A stretch of 64,000 nucleotides of DNA from an uncultured Bacilli bacterium (lineage in GTDB: Bacteria > Bacillota_I > Bacilli_A > RF39 > UBA660), in NCBI GenBank assembly GCA_947628895.1, contig CANRBS010000003.1, forward strand, positions 1,325-65,324. The letters are read 5' to 3'. Below the pieces are notes generated by a model. The model made no database searches, was not told where the DNA came from, and was given only the letters and a program-made list of their open reading frames with translations. This document shows, in pieces, positions 10,180 through 18,352 of this stretch. The translations under genes and the position numbers were made by a program. How positions within the stretch are numbered: position 1 is the stretch's first letter; the number at the start of each line of letters is the position of its first letter.

Positions 10180-11190
10180 TTATAATCCAATTTTATTAAT
10201 AAATTTAATTAAAGACTCATTTTTTTCTTGTCTATCATCAAGTGCTGGTATAGCAAATAAAACTTTCAATTTTGTTTCATATTCAAATGTAGCTACATCT
10301 TCACTATTAAGCACACATTTATTTAATAATACTTTTTTATCTTTTAATGACTCTAATATTCCTTTATTTTTTCTTAACATTTTATTTATCATAATTGTAG
10401 ATGGCTCTATTAAATAATATACATCAGTACATATTTCTAAATCTTCATAATCATTCAAATCAAGCAAAATAATATCACAATTAGCTTGTCTTCTCATAAT
10501 CTCTTTTAATACATCTTGAGTATTAGAACTAACCATATCTGGATCATTAAAATATAAAAAATCTACTTTATTTATTTCAATTGCATTAACTTTTCTACTT
10601 GATTGTAAATTCTTTTTTAACATATATATAAGAGATGTTGCACCTGCATGATTTGTAACATTTTTAAATCCTATTATTTTAAGTTTATTACTACTTGATG
10701 TTGGTTCTACAACATTATTATTAACAAATGCATTATTATTTGGTTGAATAAAATTATTTTGTTGTTGAGGCATTGGCATTGTTGATTGAGATATTTTATT
10801 ATCAATTTCTTGAATGTTAGTCATATTTACAACATCTTTTAATGTATGTGGATGAACTATTAAATAATTAATTCCATCTACATTTCTTGTAAAATTATAA
10901 ATACCTAAAGAAATTAGTTTTGATATAAATTGAGGATTATTAGTTTCTGGTGTATCATCTAATAATAATATAAGATTTTCCATATTTAAATTCATAGCAA
11001 GTTTTTGTAAATTATCAACATTTTGATAATCTCTAATAGAAGTTATATCTAATATCATTTTGTCAAAATAAAAATTTGTAAATGTATCTATTATTTCATC
11101 TACATTATAAACACCTTCTAAAGACTTTACTATTTCAATATTTAAACTTTTTAATAATTCTTTGTATTTGTTGCAAACCATTACATTCAT
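10180..11190 (-). CDS. tadZ: TadZ/CpaE-like protein: receiver-like N-domain plus ParA/MinD-fold domain with degenerate Walker A
   Basis: 336 aa. The N-terminal ~115 aa alternate beta/alpha like a REC fold (...KMILDITS...LILLLDD...). The C-terminal part reads KIIGFKNVTNHAGATSLIYMLKKNL...CDIILLDLN...YYLIEP and aligns to the KGGVGKTT-type P-loop of CpaE/TadZ, but lacks the Lys and Gly residues. Confidence 0.5.
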   Translation of the reverse strand: MNVMVCNKYKELLKSLNIEIVKSLEGVYNVDEIIDTFTNFYFDKMILDITSIRDYQNVDNLQKLAMNLNMENLILLLDDTPETNNPQFISKLISLGIYNFTRNVDGINYLIVHPHTLKDVVNMTNIQEIDNKISQSTMPMPQQQNNFIQPNNNAFVNNNVVEPTSSSNKLKIIGFKNVTNHAGATSLIYMLKKNLQSSRKVNAIEINKVDFLYFNDPDMVSSNTQDVLKEIMRRQANCDIILLDLNDYEDLEICTDVYYLIEPSTIMINKMLRKNKGILESLKDKKVLLNKCVLNSEDVATFEYETKLKVLFAIPALDDRQEKNESLIKFINKIGL

Positions 11191-11208
11191 GATTTAATCC
11201 CTCCTAGT

Positions 11209-11760
11209 TTATTCAAAATTAAAATCTTTTGAATTTAAATTTCCTGAAACATCACATTTGTAGCTTCCATTATCATAATAAATTGTTCTCGTTTCACCAG
11301 AAATAGGCATTTTAAGAGTAACATTTATTACAGGTATTCTAATAGCTATAAATGTAGTGATTTTATAGTAAGTGTTACCAGCTTGATTACCAGTCGGACA
11401 AACTTTTGTTAAACAGAATCCACCACTTTGCATTTTACCAGCCAAAGATTCATCACCACTTTTAACAGTTGAACAATCTATTTGACTAGTAGTGCTATAA
11501 TTATAACCTAAGTTTTTTATTTTTAGAAAAGCTGAAGCTTCTACACTTTTATCAGCTTTTAACTGATCATCTGAAGCATTCTTAATATCACCTTTACTAT
11601 ATACAGTATATCCCTCATTTTGTTCAATTAAATTAATTATTTCATTTTTCGTATTAAATGCTTTAGTGTAAGTAATAGAATATGCTAAAAAACTAGAAAA
11701 TAATGCTATAAAAGTTATAACTATACCAAATAACCAACTTCCACCTATAGCTTCTCTCAT
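11209..11760 (-). CDS. Pseudopilin/TadE-like N-terminally anchored protein
   Basis: 183 aa. MREAIGGSWLFGIVITFIALFSSFLAYSI hydrophobic N-terminus, then a Cys-containing extracellular domain. The call rests on position in the Tad-like string; there is no canonical TadE motif. Confidence 0.4.
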   Translation of the reverse strand: MREAIGGSWLFGIVITFIALFSSFLAYSITYTKAFNTKNEIINLIEQNEGYTVYSKGDIKNASDDQLKADKSVEASAFLKIKNLGYNYSTTSQIDCSTVKSGDESLAGKMQSGGFCLTKVCPTGNQAGNTYYKITTFIAIRIPVINVTLKMPISGETRTIYYDNGSYKCDVSGNLNSKDFNFE

Positions 11761-11841
11761 ATTGAACTCCTTTTATTCTAATATCTAAAAAAAACTATAA
11801 ACTATAATACTATAATTTATAGTTAATTATTATTTTTAATA

Positions 11842-12114
11842 TTATTGATCAACTGCTTCACATTTGCTTTGATCCCAAGTAGTAGTACCATTACAACAAC
11901 CCCAAGCACTTACTTTAGCACTTGTACTTGTATTTTTATCATTCCCACCTGGATTTTTTACTGCATGCCAATTTTCACCCATTGTATTACAAGTTTGTTG
12001 TACAATTTGTCTTTGTATCATTGGCCACATTACAAAATAGAATAATGCAGCAAGTGCAGCAACAGCAATTAATGTTACAACTGTCATGTTTAATTCACCT
12101 GTAGCTTCTTTCAT
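11842..12114 (-). CDS. Candidate major pilin (Flp/type IV pilin-like N-terminal helix), non-canonical leader
   Basis: 90 aa: MKEATGELNMTVVTLIAVAALAALFYFVMWPMI..., then a small 4-Cys domain. It sits directly downstream of the tadC-like gene, as flp-type pilins often sit beside tad genes. It lacks the G/xxxxEY or G/FTLxE consensus. Confidence 0.4.
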   Translation of the reverse strand: MKEATGELNMTVVTLIAVAALAALFYFVMWPMIQRQIVQQTCNTMGENWHAVKNPGGNDKNTSTSAKVSAWGCCNGTTTWDQSKCEAVDQ

Positions 12115-12185
12115 TTATTTAATTCCTCCTTTACTCTATCTATATTAATTATATAATATGTATTTTTCATAATCAAGTATTTTCA

Positions 12186-12989
12186 CTATAAATTGCCAAA
12201 CATTTGTAAAATAGAAAGTAATAATAATACCATTACTCCAGCACCAGTACCAACAAGCATTGACATAGTCTTCTTTTCCATTTTATCAAGTCTTTCTTTA
12301 TATTTAGTATCTCTTGATTTTGCTTGTAAATTTGATATAGTTCTTGAGAATACTATTAATTGTTCTTGTTTTCTTTCTTGACTACCAAGACTAAGTCTAT
12401 AAAGAAGTCTCATCATACGCATTGAATCTCTTACAGGATATCTTCTAGCAAATGCCATATAAGGCTCAATTGTTGAGTCACCTGCATCAATTGAAGCAAT
12501 TAATTCACGAAGACCTGGTTTAAACATTTCAGGTGCTTCTTCTAAACTTCTTGTAATTGCAACTGGTACAGTATAGTGTTGTATTAATATTTCTAAACTT
12601 TTTAAATAATAAGGCAATTTTAAATTAATATCATGTAAATGAACTTTATAATAGTTCTTAAGTTTATTATAATCATCTTTAAAAATTAAATACGTAACTG
12701 CTAAAACTAAAACTATTTTTATTGCTATATTAAGTCCATCTATACTAGTCATTACAACTATCATTAAAATAATAAATACAATTATAGCATTTTTAACTCT
12801 TTTTTGATATTTTTGGTTTGGATCAACCTTGTCACCATACCTACTAGTAACAAGAAAATCCCAATCATCCTCTTTTAATTTTCCAAAAACCACTTTATTA
12901 TCATCAACAAACTTATTAAAACTAAATACTCCAATATAGTTAAATAAGAAAATTAAGATAATTCCAACAGCTAAAATTTCTATTCCCAT
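12186..12989 (-). CDS. tadC: Tad platform protein, T2SS-F family (TadC-like)
   Basis: 267 aa. N-terminal and C-terminal TM helices flank a helical cytoplasmic domain (...EAPEMFKPGLRELIASIDAGDSTIEPYMAFARRYP...). The start overlaps the tadB-like stop by 1 nt. Confidence 0.6.
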   Translation of the reverse strand: MGIEILAVGIILIFLFNYIGVFSFNKFVDDNKVVFGKLKEDDWDFLVTSRYGDKVDPNQKYQKRVKNAIIVFIILMIVVMTSIDGLNIAIKIVLVLAVTYLIFKDDYNKLKNYYKVHLHDINLKLPYYLKSLEILIQHYTVPVAITRSLEEAPEMFKPGLRELIASIDAGDSTIEPYMAFARRYPVRDSMRMMRLLYRLSLGSQERKQEQLIVFSRTISNLQAKSRDTKYKERLDKMEKKTMSMLVGTGAGVMVLLLLSILQMFGNL

Positions 12990-13888
12990 TATTCAGCACC
13001 TACATCCTCATGGTAATATTTAATTCCAGTTACTAAAAAGAATGTATTAATTAATATTACACCATGAAGTAATATTATAACATACCAATCTTCTAACATT
13101 TTTAAATAACTATCATTTCCAAGTAATAACTGTACTAATAATACTAATAAATATAAGGCACAACCAAATGTTAAGAATTGCTTATAAAAATTAGTTCTAT
13201 CAATTCTATCACGATAAACACTTTCAACAAGCATATCTATATCTTGAAGCATTCCTTCTAATGCTTCACCTGAATCTTTAGATCCTTCTTTAGTAATTTG
13301 AATAAATAATTGATGCATATTTTTTACTACATAATAATCATATTTTTCATTCATAAATCTTACAGCTTCATCAATAGTACCATTATCATAAGCCATTTGA
13401 ATCATTTCTTTAATATCACTAAGTAATGGATCTTCAAGAACTCCTGAATCTCTTACACCTTCTAATGATTTTACAAATGATTGAGTAGTATTATATTCCA
13501 TAATAACATTTGTAGTATATACTTGTATTTGTTCAAATATGAATTCACTATATGCTTTTTTACATCTCATATATGCAAGATATGGAATAAAAGCTATCGC
13601 GGCCACTGCATATACAACACTCCATATAATACTATAAAAATATAAATAAGATACGAAAGCTGCTGCTACACCAAATATAACTACTTGCATTAAATATTGT
13701 TTAGGAGTATATTCTTGGCCTAATTCTTTAGCTTTTTCACGAACAACTTTAAATGAATATGGAGCATATTTTTCATATGTATTACCTATTGTTTTAGCTA
13801 TAAATTTATATGAATTTGTACCTGTGTTTTTTCTATATATAAATACAAATAATAATATTGCAACTATAACAAATATTTCTATATACAT
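12989..13888 (-). CDS. tadB: Tad platform protein, T2SS-F family (TadB-like)
   Basis: 299 aa. TM helices plus the helical domain ...LEDPLLSDIKEMIQMAYDNGTIDEAVRFMNEKYD...EGSKDSGEALEGMLQDIDML..., typical of the GspF/TadB fold. Confidence 0.6.
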   Translation of the reverse strand: MYIEIFVIVAILLFVFIYRKNTGTNSYKFIAKTIGNTYEKYAPYSFKVVREKAKELGQEYTPKQYLMQVVIFGVAAAFVSYLYFYSIIWSVVYAVAAIAFIPYLAYMRCKKAYSEFIFEQIQVYTTNVIMEYNTTQSFVKSLEGVRDSGVLEDPLLSDIKEMIQMAYDNGTIDEAVRFMNEKYDYYVVKNMHQLFIQITKEGSKDSGEALEGMLQDIDMLVESVYRDRIDRTNFYKQFLTFGCALYLLVLLVQLLLGNDSYLKMLEDWYVIILLHGVILINTFFLVTGIKYYHEDVGAE

Positions 13889-13900
13889 TTTTCACACCTC

Positions 13901-15421
13901 CTAAAAATTTAATACTTCTATTCCACCTGATGATGAGTTATTATTATCATTATTTCCAGCTATATCATTAACACTAACAAATAATCCAGACATATCATTT
14001 TCATTTTCAAAATTGTTTAATTCACTCTGTGTAGATAATTCAGTAGTTTGTGTATTTTCAATTTGAGGAGTATCAGTATTTTGAATCTCAGTATTTTCAT
14101 CATTAATTGCCATATCACTTGCTTGTACATCAACAATAGGTGTTGATTCAACATTTTCCTGAGCTAAAGTAGAGCTTTCAACTACAGGAGTTGATTCTAT
14201 ATTTTCTTGAACTATATTTGGTGTTTGAGATGATTCAACACTATTTTCATCTTGTTCTACAGAATTAACATTTTCTACGGCATTAAGTGATTGATTATTA
14301 TCTACATTTTCAGGTTGATTTTCATCTGAACCATCAGATGTACTTTCATTTATTTCACTTCCCTTTGGAATAAATGGATCCTCTCTCATAACTACACCTT
14401 GAGATGCTAAATAATCTATTAAATGACTTGTTGGATTATTATAACTTTCATTACCAGCTAAGTCACGAGAATAAAGAACATTTACTTTAGCTTCATTAGC
14501 ATCATCATCTACATAAAATTCAACAACTTGTGTAATTTCTCTTTGAAATCTATTATATTGTTTTGAATAAAATCCTTTAACATGTATACCTAATTGAATA
14601 TATCTATGCATACCTTTAACAAATTGATCTATATCTTGACTAGATTCAAGCAATGAATATAAACGCATTGGAATACTTGATGCTTTATCAGAGTGAATTG
14701 TTGATAAAATGTTATGTCCTGAAGAAATAGAGTTACGAACAGCCATAACTGCTTCAGCAGAACGAACCTCTGATAGTAAAATCCATCTTGGGTTTTGACG
14801 CATACAAGCTACTAATACATCTGAATAAGATGCTATATTATTTGTTTTCATTGCTACAATATCACGAGTTGGATAAATTTTATCTAAGTGAAGCTCTAAA
14901 GTATCTTCTATTGTAATTATTTTTTCGTCTTCTTTAATATGACTTGCTAAATATTTAACAAGTTCTGTTTTACCACTACCAGTTTCTCCACTTACTAGTA
15001 TATTGCAGTGACCCTCTACACAAGTAATTAAGAAATCATGTAATTTTAATGATACATAATCTTCTTGAACTAATTTCTCTTTTTGTAATCTAATTTTAGC
15101 AGGTGTTTTTCTTATTAAAACAGCAATTCCATTAGTAGCAATAGAATCATGAACAAAATTAAGACGCAACTCAGCACTTTCAGCATCTAGAAGTGGATGA
15201 GCCATATTAAATGTTTTACCCATAACATTAGAACATTGAAAAGCTAATTTTTCCATAACTTCATTGTTTAGTCCATCTATATGTTCTGGATAAACACCTT
15301 TAGATAAAGATTTAACCCATAATTGACCACCATTAGAATATGAAATATCTGTTATATCATCATTTTCTAATAATGGCATTAATAATCCAAAATCAATTTG
15401 TGAAAATACTATCGTGTCCAT
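13901..15421 (-). CDS. tadA: CpaF/TadA-type secretion ATPase (VirB11/GspE superfamily) with ~150-aa acidic low-complexity C-terminal tail
   Basis: 506 aa. Walker A VSGETGSGKTELVKYL, ...ITIEDTLEL..., ...RQNPRWILLSEVR..., His box ...SGHNILSTIHS.... The tail (about nt 13901-14370) is E/N/Q/S-rich and has a repeated QEN(I/V)ESTP(V/I)V unit. Confidence 0.85.
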   Translation of the reverse strand: MDTIVFSQIDFGLLMPLLENDDITDISYSNGGQLWVKSLSKGVYPEHIDGLNNEVMEKLAFQCSNVMGKTFNMAHPLLDAESAELRLNFVHDSIATNGIAVLIRKTPAKIRLQKEKLVQEDYVSLKLHDFLITCVEGHCNILVSGETGSGKTELVKYLASHIKEDEKIITIEDTLELHLDKIYPTRDIVAMKTNNIASYSDVLVACMRQNPRWILLSEVRSAEAVMAVRNSISSGHNILSTIHSDKASSIPMRLYSLLESSQDIDQFVKGMHRYIQLGIHVKGFYSKQYNRFQREITQVVEFYVDDDANEAKVNVLYSRDLAGNESYNNPTSHLIDYLASQGVVMREDPFIPKGSEINESTSDGSDENQPENVDNNQSLNAVENVNSVEQDENSVESSQTPNIVQENIESTPVVESSTLAQENVESTPIVDVQASDMAINDENTEIQNTDTPQIENTQTTELSTQSELNNFENENDMSGLFVSVNDIAGNNDNNNSSSGGIEVLNF

Positions 15422-15443
15422 ACTTTAATTCCTTTCTATTTTT

Positions 15444-16202
15444 TTAATCTACTATATCTGGTTCAATATGTTCTGTTTTACTTTCTATTAAACCTTTTAA
15501 ATATTCACTTGAAATATTAGTTTCTTTATCATATGATGCATTTCTTGGTACTGGTATTAAAGAACCACTACTTAAATACATTGCTTTTCTAAGTAATAAA
15601 TGATAATCTTCAGGAACTGAGAATATTAGTGCTGATGCATTTCTTTGATCTGCACTTCTTTTAAAGATATGTTCTCCTCTATCATCTTTAACAGCTAATA
15701 CCTCTATTCCTTCTATCAATTTTCCTAAAACTAACTTATCTCCTTCATATGTTTGATAATATAAATCTATTTTATCTCCAGGAAAAATTGAATTACCATA
15801 TGTTGTAGTTGCATTTACTGGAAGTGAAACTATTGTATTATCATTACTAATATTTGACCAAGCAGAATCAGGCATTTCACTCCATTCTACAACAGCAGAA
15901 CTATAAAATAAACTTCCTTCTGGTATAAATGTATTATAATCTACATAATGATTTAATAATTGATCAGTTCTTGTAATAACATTATCAGTAATTAATGATG
16001 CTGCAACTTTTATTGTTCTAAATGAACTTTCTGTTATTTCAGTTCTTGCATCTAATTTAGTTGCTGCAACAGGAACATTTATTAAATTAGTTGCTTTATC
16101 AACTCTATAGTTATAAGCTACTACTAAAATAACTAAACATATAATAAATGAAATTATTGTTACTATACTTTTATTATGAAATAATTTACTAAGTGCTTTC
16201 AT
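15444..16202 (-). CDS. cpaB: CpaB/RcpC-like Flp pilus assembly protein (SAF + beta-clip), paralog 2
   Basis: 252 aa. N-terminal TM, SAF-like ...VPVAATKLDARTEITESSFRTIKV...FIPEGSLF..., then ...VSLPVNATTTYGNSIFPGDKIDLYY.... Confidence 0.7.
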   Translation of the reverse strand: MKALSKLFHNKSIVTIISFIICLVILVVAYNYRVDKATNLINVPVAATKLDARTEITESSFRTIKVAASLITDNVITRTDQLLNHYVDYNTFIPEGSLFYSSAVVEWSEMPDSAWSNISNDNTIVSLPVNATTTYGNSIFPGDKIDLYYQTYEGDKLVLGKLIEGIEVLAVKDDRGEHIFKRSADQRNASALIFSVPEDYHLLLRKAMYLSSGSLIPVPRNASYDKETNISSEYLKGLIESKTEHIEPDIVD

Positions 16203-17080
16203 TATTCATTACCTCCTGCTGGTTCTTCATTATTGTTAGTATCATTATTTACATCAGTATTTGTATTATTATTTCCACCAACAATATTAACACCACCATT
16301 TGTTACTCTATCTTGACTTTCTACATCAATAGATCTATCTAAAATATATCTTTGAATTCTAGAACTAACTACTCTAGTTTCTTTAGGATTATTTGAATAT
16401 TCAGCATTTCTTGGTACTGGGAATATAGTTCCATCTAAATATGATGCTTTTCTTAATAATAAATGCATATCTTCTGGAACACTAAACATTAAATAAGAAG
16501 GAGTTTTATTTTCTTCAGTTGATTCAAAAACATTATTTCCTTCTGAATCAGTTACAGATAGAACTTTTATACTTTCTATAAATTTTCCTAGCATAACTTT
16601 TCCAGTATCTAAAGTTGTAACATAATATAAATCTATATAATTTCCAGGAAAGATTGAATTACCATAAGTAGTATCTAAATTTACTTGAAGTGCAACAACA
16701 GTATTACCATCTGGTATATCTTCATATAAACTTGAAGGTAAATCTTCCCATTCAACAACCATATCTTTATAAAATAAACCTCCACTTGGTATTACTGCTT
16801 TATTAGATACATATTTTCCTATAATTTGAGAAGTACTTGTTAATAAATTGCTATTTTTAACTCCTCCTGGTACTTTCATTGTAGAAACCATATCTGATGT
16901 TATTAAAGTTCTCGGAGCTATTTCAACAGTTGCATAAGGAACACTAATAGGTTCAGTTTTCTTTTCTATTCTATAATAATATGCCCAATATAAAATACCT
17001 AGTGAAGCCAATATTGCTAAAATTGTCACTGTATTTTTATTTTTTAAAAATCTTTTAATTCCAATCATTATGCTATTCAT
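16202..17080 (-). CDS. cpaB: CpaB/RcpC-like Flp pilus assembly protein, paralog 1 (N/G/T-rich C-terminal tail)
   Basis: 292 aa with the same layout: ...VPYATVEIAPRTLITSDMVSTMKV...VIPSGGLF...VALQVNLDTTYGNSIFPGNYIDLYY.... Clearly paralogous to the next gene. 1-nt stop/start overlap. Confidence 0.7.
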   Translation of the reverse strand: MNSIMIGIKRFLKNKNTVTILAILASLGILYWAYYYRIEKKTEPISVPYATVEIAPRTLITSDMVSTMKVPGGVKNSNLLTSTSQIIGKYVSNKAVIPSGGLFYKDMVVEWEDLPSSLYEDIPDGNTVVALQVNLDTTYGNSIFPGNYIDLYYVTTLDTGKVMLGKFIESIKVLSVTDSEGNNVFESTEENKTPSYLMFSVPEDMHLLLRKASYLDGTIFPVPRNAEYSNNPKETRVVSSRIQRYILDRSIDVESQDRVTNGGVNIVGGNNNTNTDVNNDTNNNEEPAGGNE

Positions 17081-17123
17081 TCTTTTTTCCTCCTATTATC
17101 ATGATAGTAATCTATTCTAGTTA

Positions 17124-17153
17124 ATTATAACACAAAATATTTACTTAATTCAA
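17124..17153 (-). promoter_or_regulatory. Sigma-A-type promoter for the cpaB-tadA-tadBC unit
   Basis: Minus strand reads TTGAAT (17153-17148), an 18-nt spacer, then TGtTATAAT (-10 at 17129-17124). Confidence 0.45.
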
Positions 17154-17161
17154 TATGTTTC

Positions 17162-17195
17162 AAAATAAAAATGTTTAGAATTTTAATTTCTAAAC
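17162..17195 (-). terminator. Rho-independent terminator after the 140-aa gene
   Basis: GTTTAGAA (17173-17180) pairs with TTCTAAAC (17188-17195). The minus-strand hairpin is followed by ATTTTTATTTT. Confidence 0.55.
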
Positions 17196-17203
17196 ATCAC
17201 TAA

Positions 17204-17626
17204 TTAATTTGTAACATCTCCAGGTGCAGTAGTTTCTAATATTCCACTAATATATGTATTTATATTAACATCAAAGCTATCAGAATCAATTTGTGTTTCA
17301 CCACTATTTGTAACAATTCTTACTGTTGCCTTTGGTGGATACTCATGTATATCATAAAATTCAAGTCTATAGCTTTTTGAATTAGAAACACTTTCTGCAA
17401 ATCTTCTTAAATATACTTCAACAAATTTTTCTTTTGACATTACTAATTCTCCAGTTCTTCCATATGAACCAAAATCTATTGCATCAACCATTGCAGCTTT
17501 CATTATTTCTCTACTTAAATAATAATCCTCTTCATTTATAGTAGTAAATCTTTGAACAAGTAATAAAATTGCAATAATTACTATACCTAAAACTAATATT
17601 AAATATCCCCATACTGATTCTTTCAT
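17204..17626 (-). CDS. N-terminally anchored small protein (possible minor pilin/pseudopilin)
   Basis: 140 aa. MKESVWGYLILVLGIVIIAILLLV hydrophobic N-terminus, then a soluble domain. No named motif. Confidence 0.45.
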   Translation of the reverse strand: MKESVWGYLILVLGIVIIAILLLVQRFTTINEEDYYLSREIMKAAMVDAIDFGSYGRTGELVMSKEKFVEVYLRRFAESVSNSKSYRLEFYDIHEYPPKATVRIVTNSGETQIDSDSFDVNINTYISGILETTAPGDVTN

Positions 17627-17711
17627 ACTAAACCTTCTTTCAATATTACTATGTATTCTTTATAACAATTATATCAAATAAAAGAAATATTTTAAAGTAT
17701 TTTTTTATATA

Positions 17712-18350
17712 TTAAATACCATGTTTAATTTTTCTAAATTTATTACTATAAATAGAAGTAAAAACAATACATGATACTAAAAATAATACAAATTTAATTC
17801 CCCAATTTAATGCAAAAGCTTGCATTTTATCTAATAAAGTTTCTTTTTCTTCAGTTTTTTCTTCTTTTTGTTGTTCTTGAAGTATTATATTATCATAATT
17901 TTGTTTAGCAGTTACTAATATTTCTTCTGTTACTAAGCTTGTTGTAAATTGAGAATTACACATAGTGATTTTATCTTCATATCCTGCACAAGCACCAGTT
18001 CCATAAAATTTATTATAATATAATAGATTTACAAAAATTGTTCTAAGAGATGTATCACAATTGTCATTACCATAAACTTTTATTACCATATTTGTTCCTT
18101 CATTTATTTTATTTATAGTAACTTCATTATTTGAATTACTTTCATATTTTTTATCATCATATTCTACAAATAATCCATCAACAACATTGTAAACTACTAT
18201 ATCATATGTTCTAGTATTTACATTATAATTAGTATCATAAGTTATATTATTTGCAAGTAATGCATATTTATCATGTTTATCATGATCACATTCTGCTGAA
18301 TAAACAACAAATGGAAGTAACATCAATAATACAACAAATATTTTTTTCAT
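17712..18350 (-). CDS. Secreted Cys-containing protein with C-terminal TM + basic tail; third paralog of the 225-aa cassette protein
   Basis: 212 aa. Signal peptide MKKIFVVLLMLLPFVVYSA. Shares ...VYG.D.C...LRT...N(K/R)(F/Y)...C.GYEDK..MC... and an E/K-rich segment with the proteins at 24677-25354 and 28987-29664. Also shares the C-terminal helix + KFRKIKHGI layout. Confidence 0.55.
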   Translation of the reverse strand: MKKIFVVLLMLLPFVVYSAECDHDKHDKYALLANNITYDTNYNVNTRTYDIVVYNVVDGLFVEYDDKKYESNSNNEVTINKINEGTNMVIKVYGNDNCDTSLRTIFVNLLYYNKFYGTGACAGYEDKITMCNSQFTTSLVTEEILVTAKQNYDNIILQEQQKEEKTEEKETLLDKMQAFALNWGIKFVLFLVSCIVFTSIYSNKFRKIKHGI

Positions 18351-18352
18351 TT

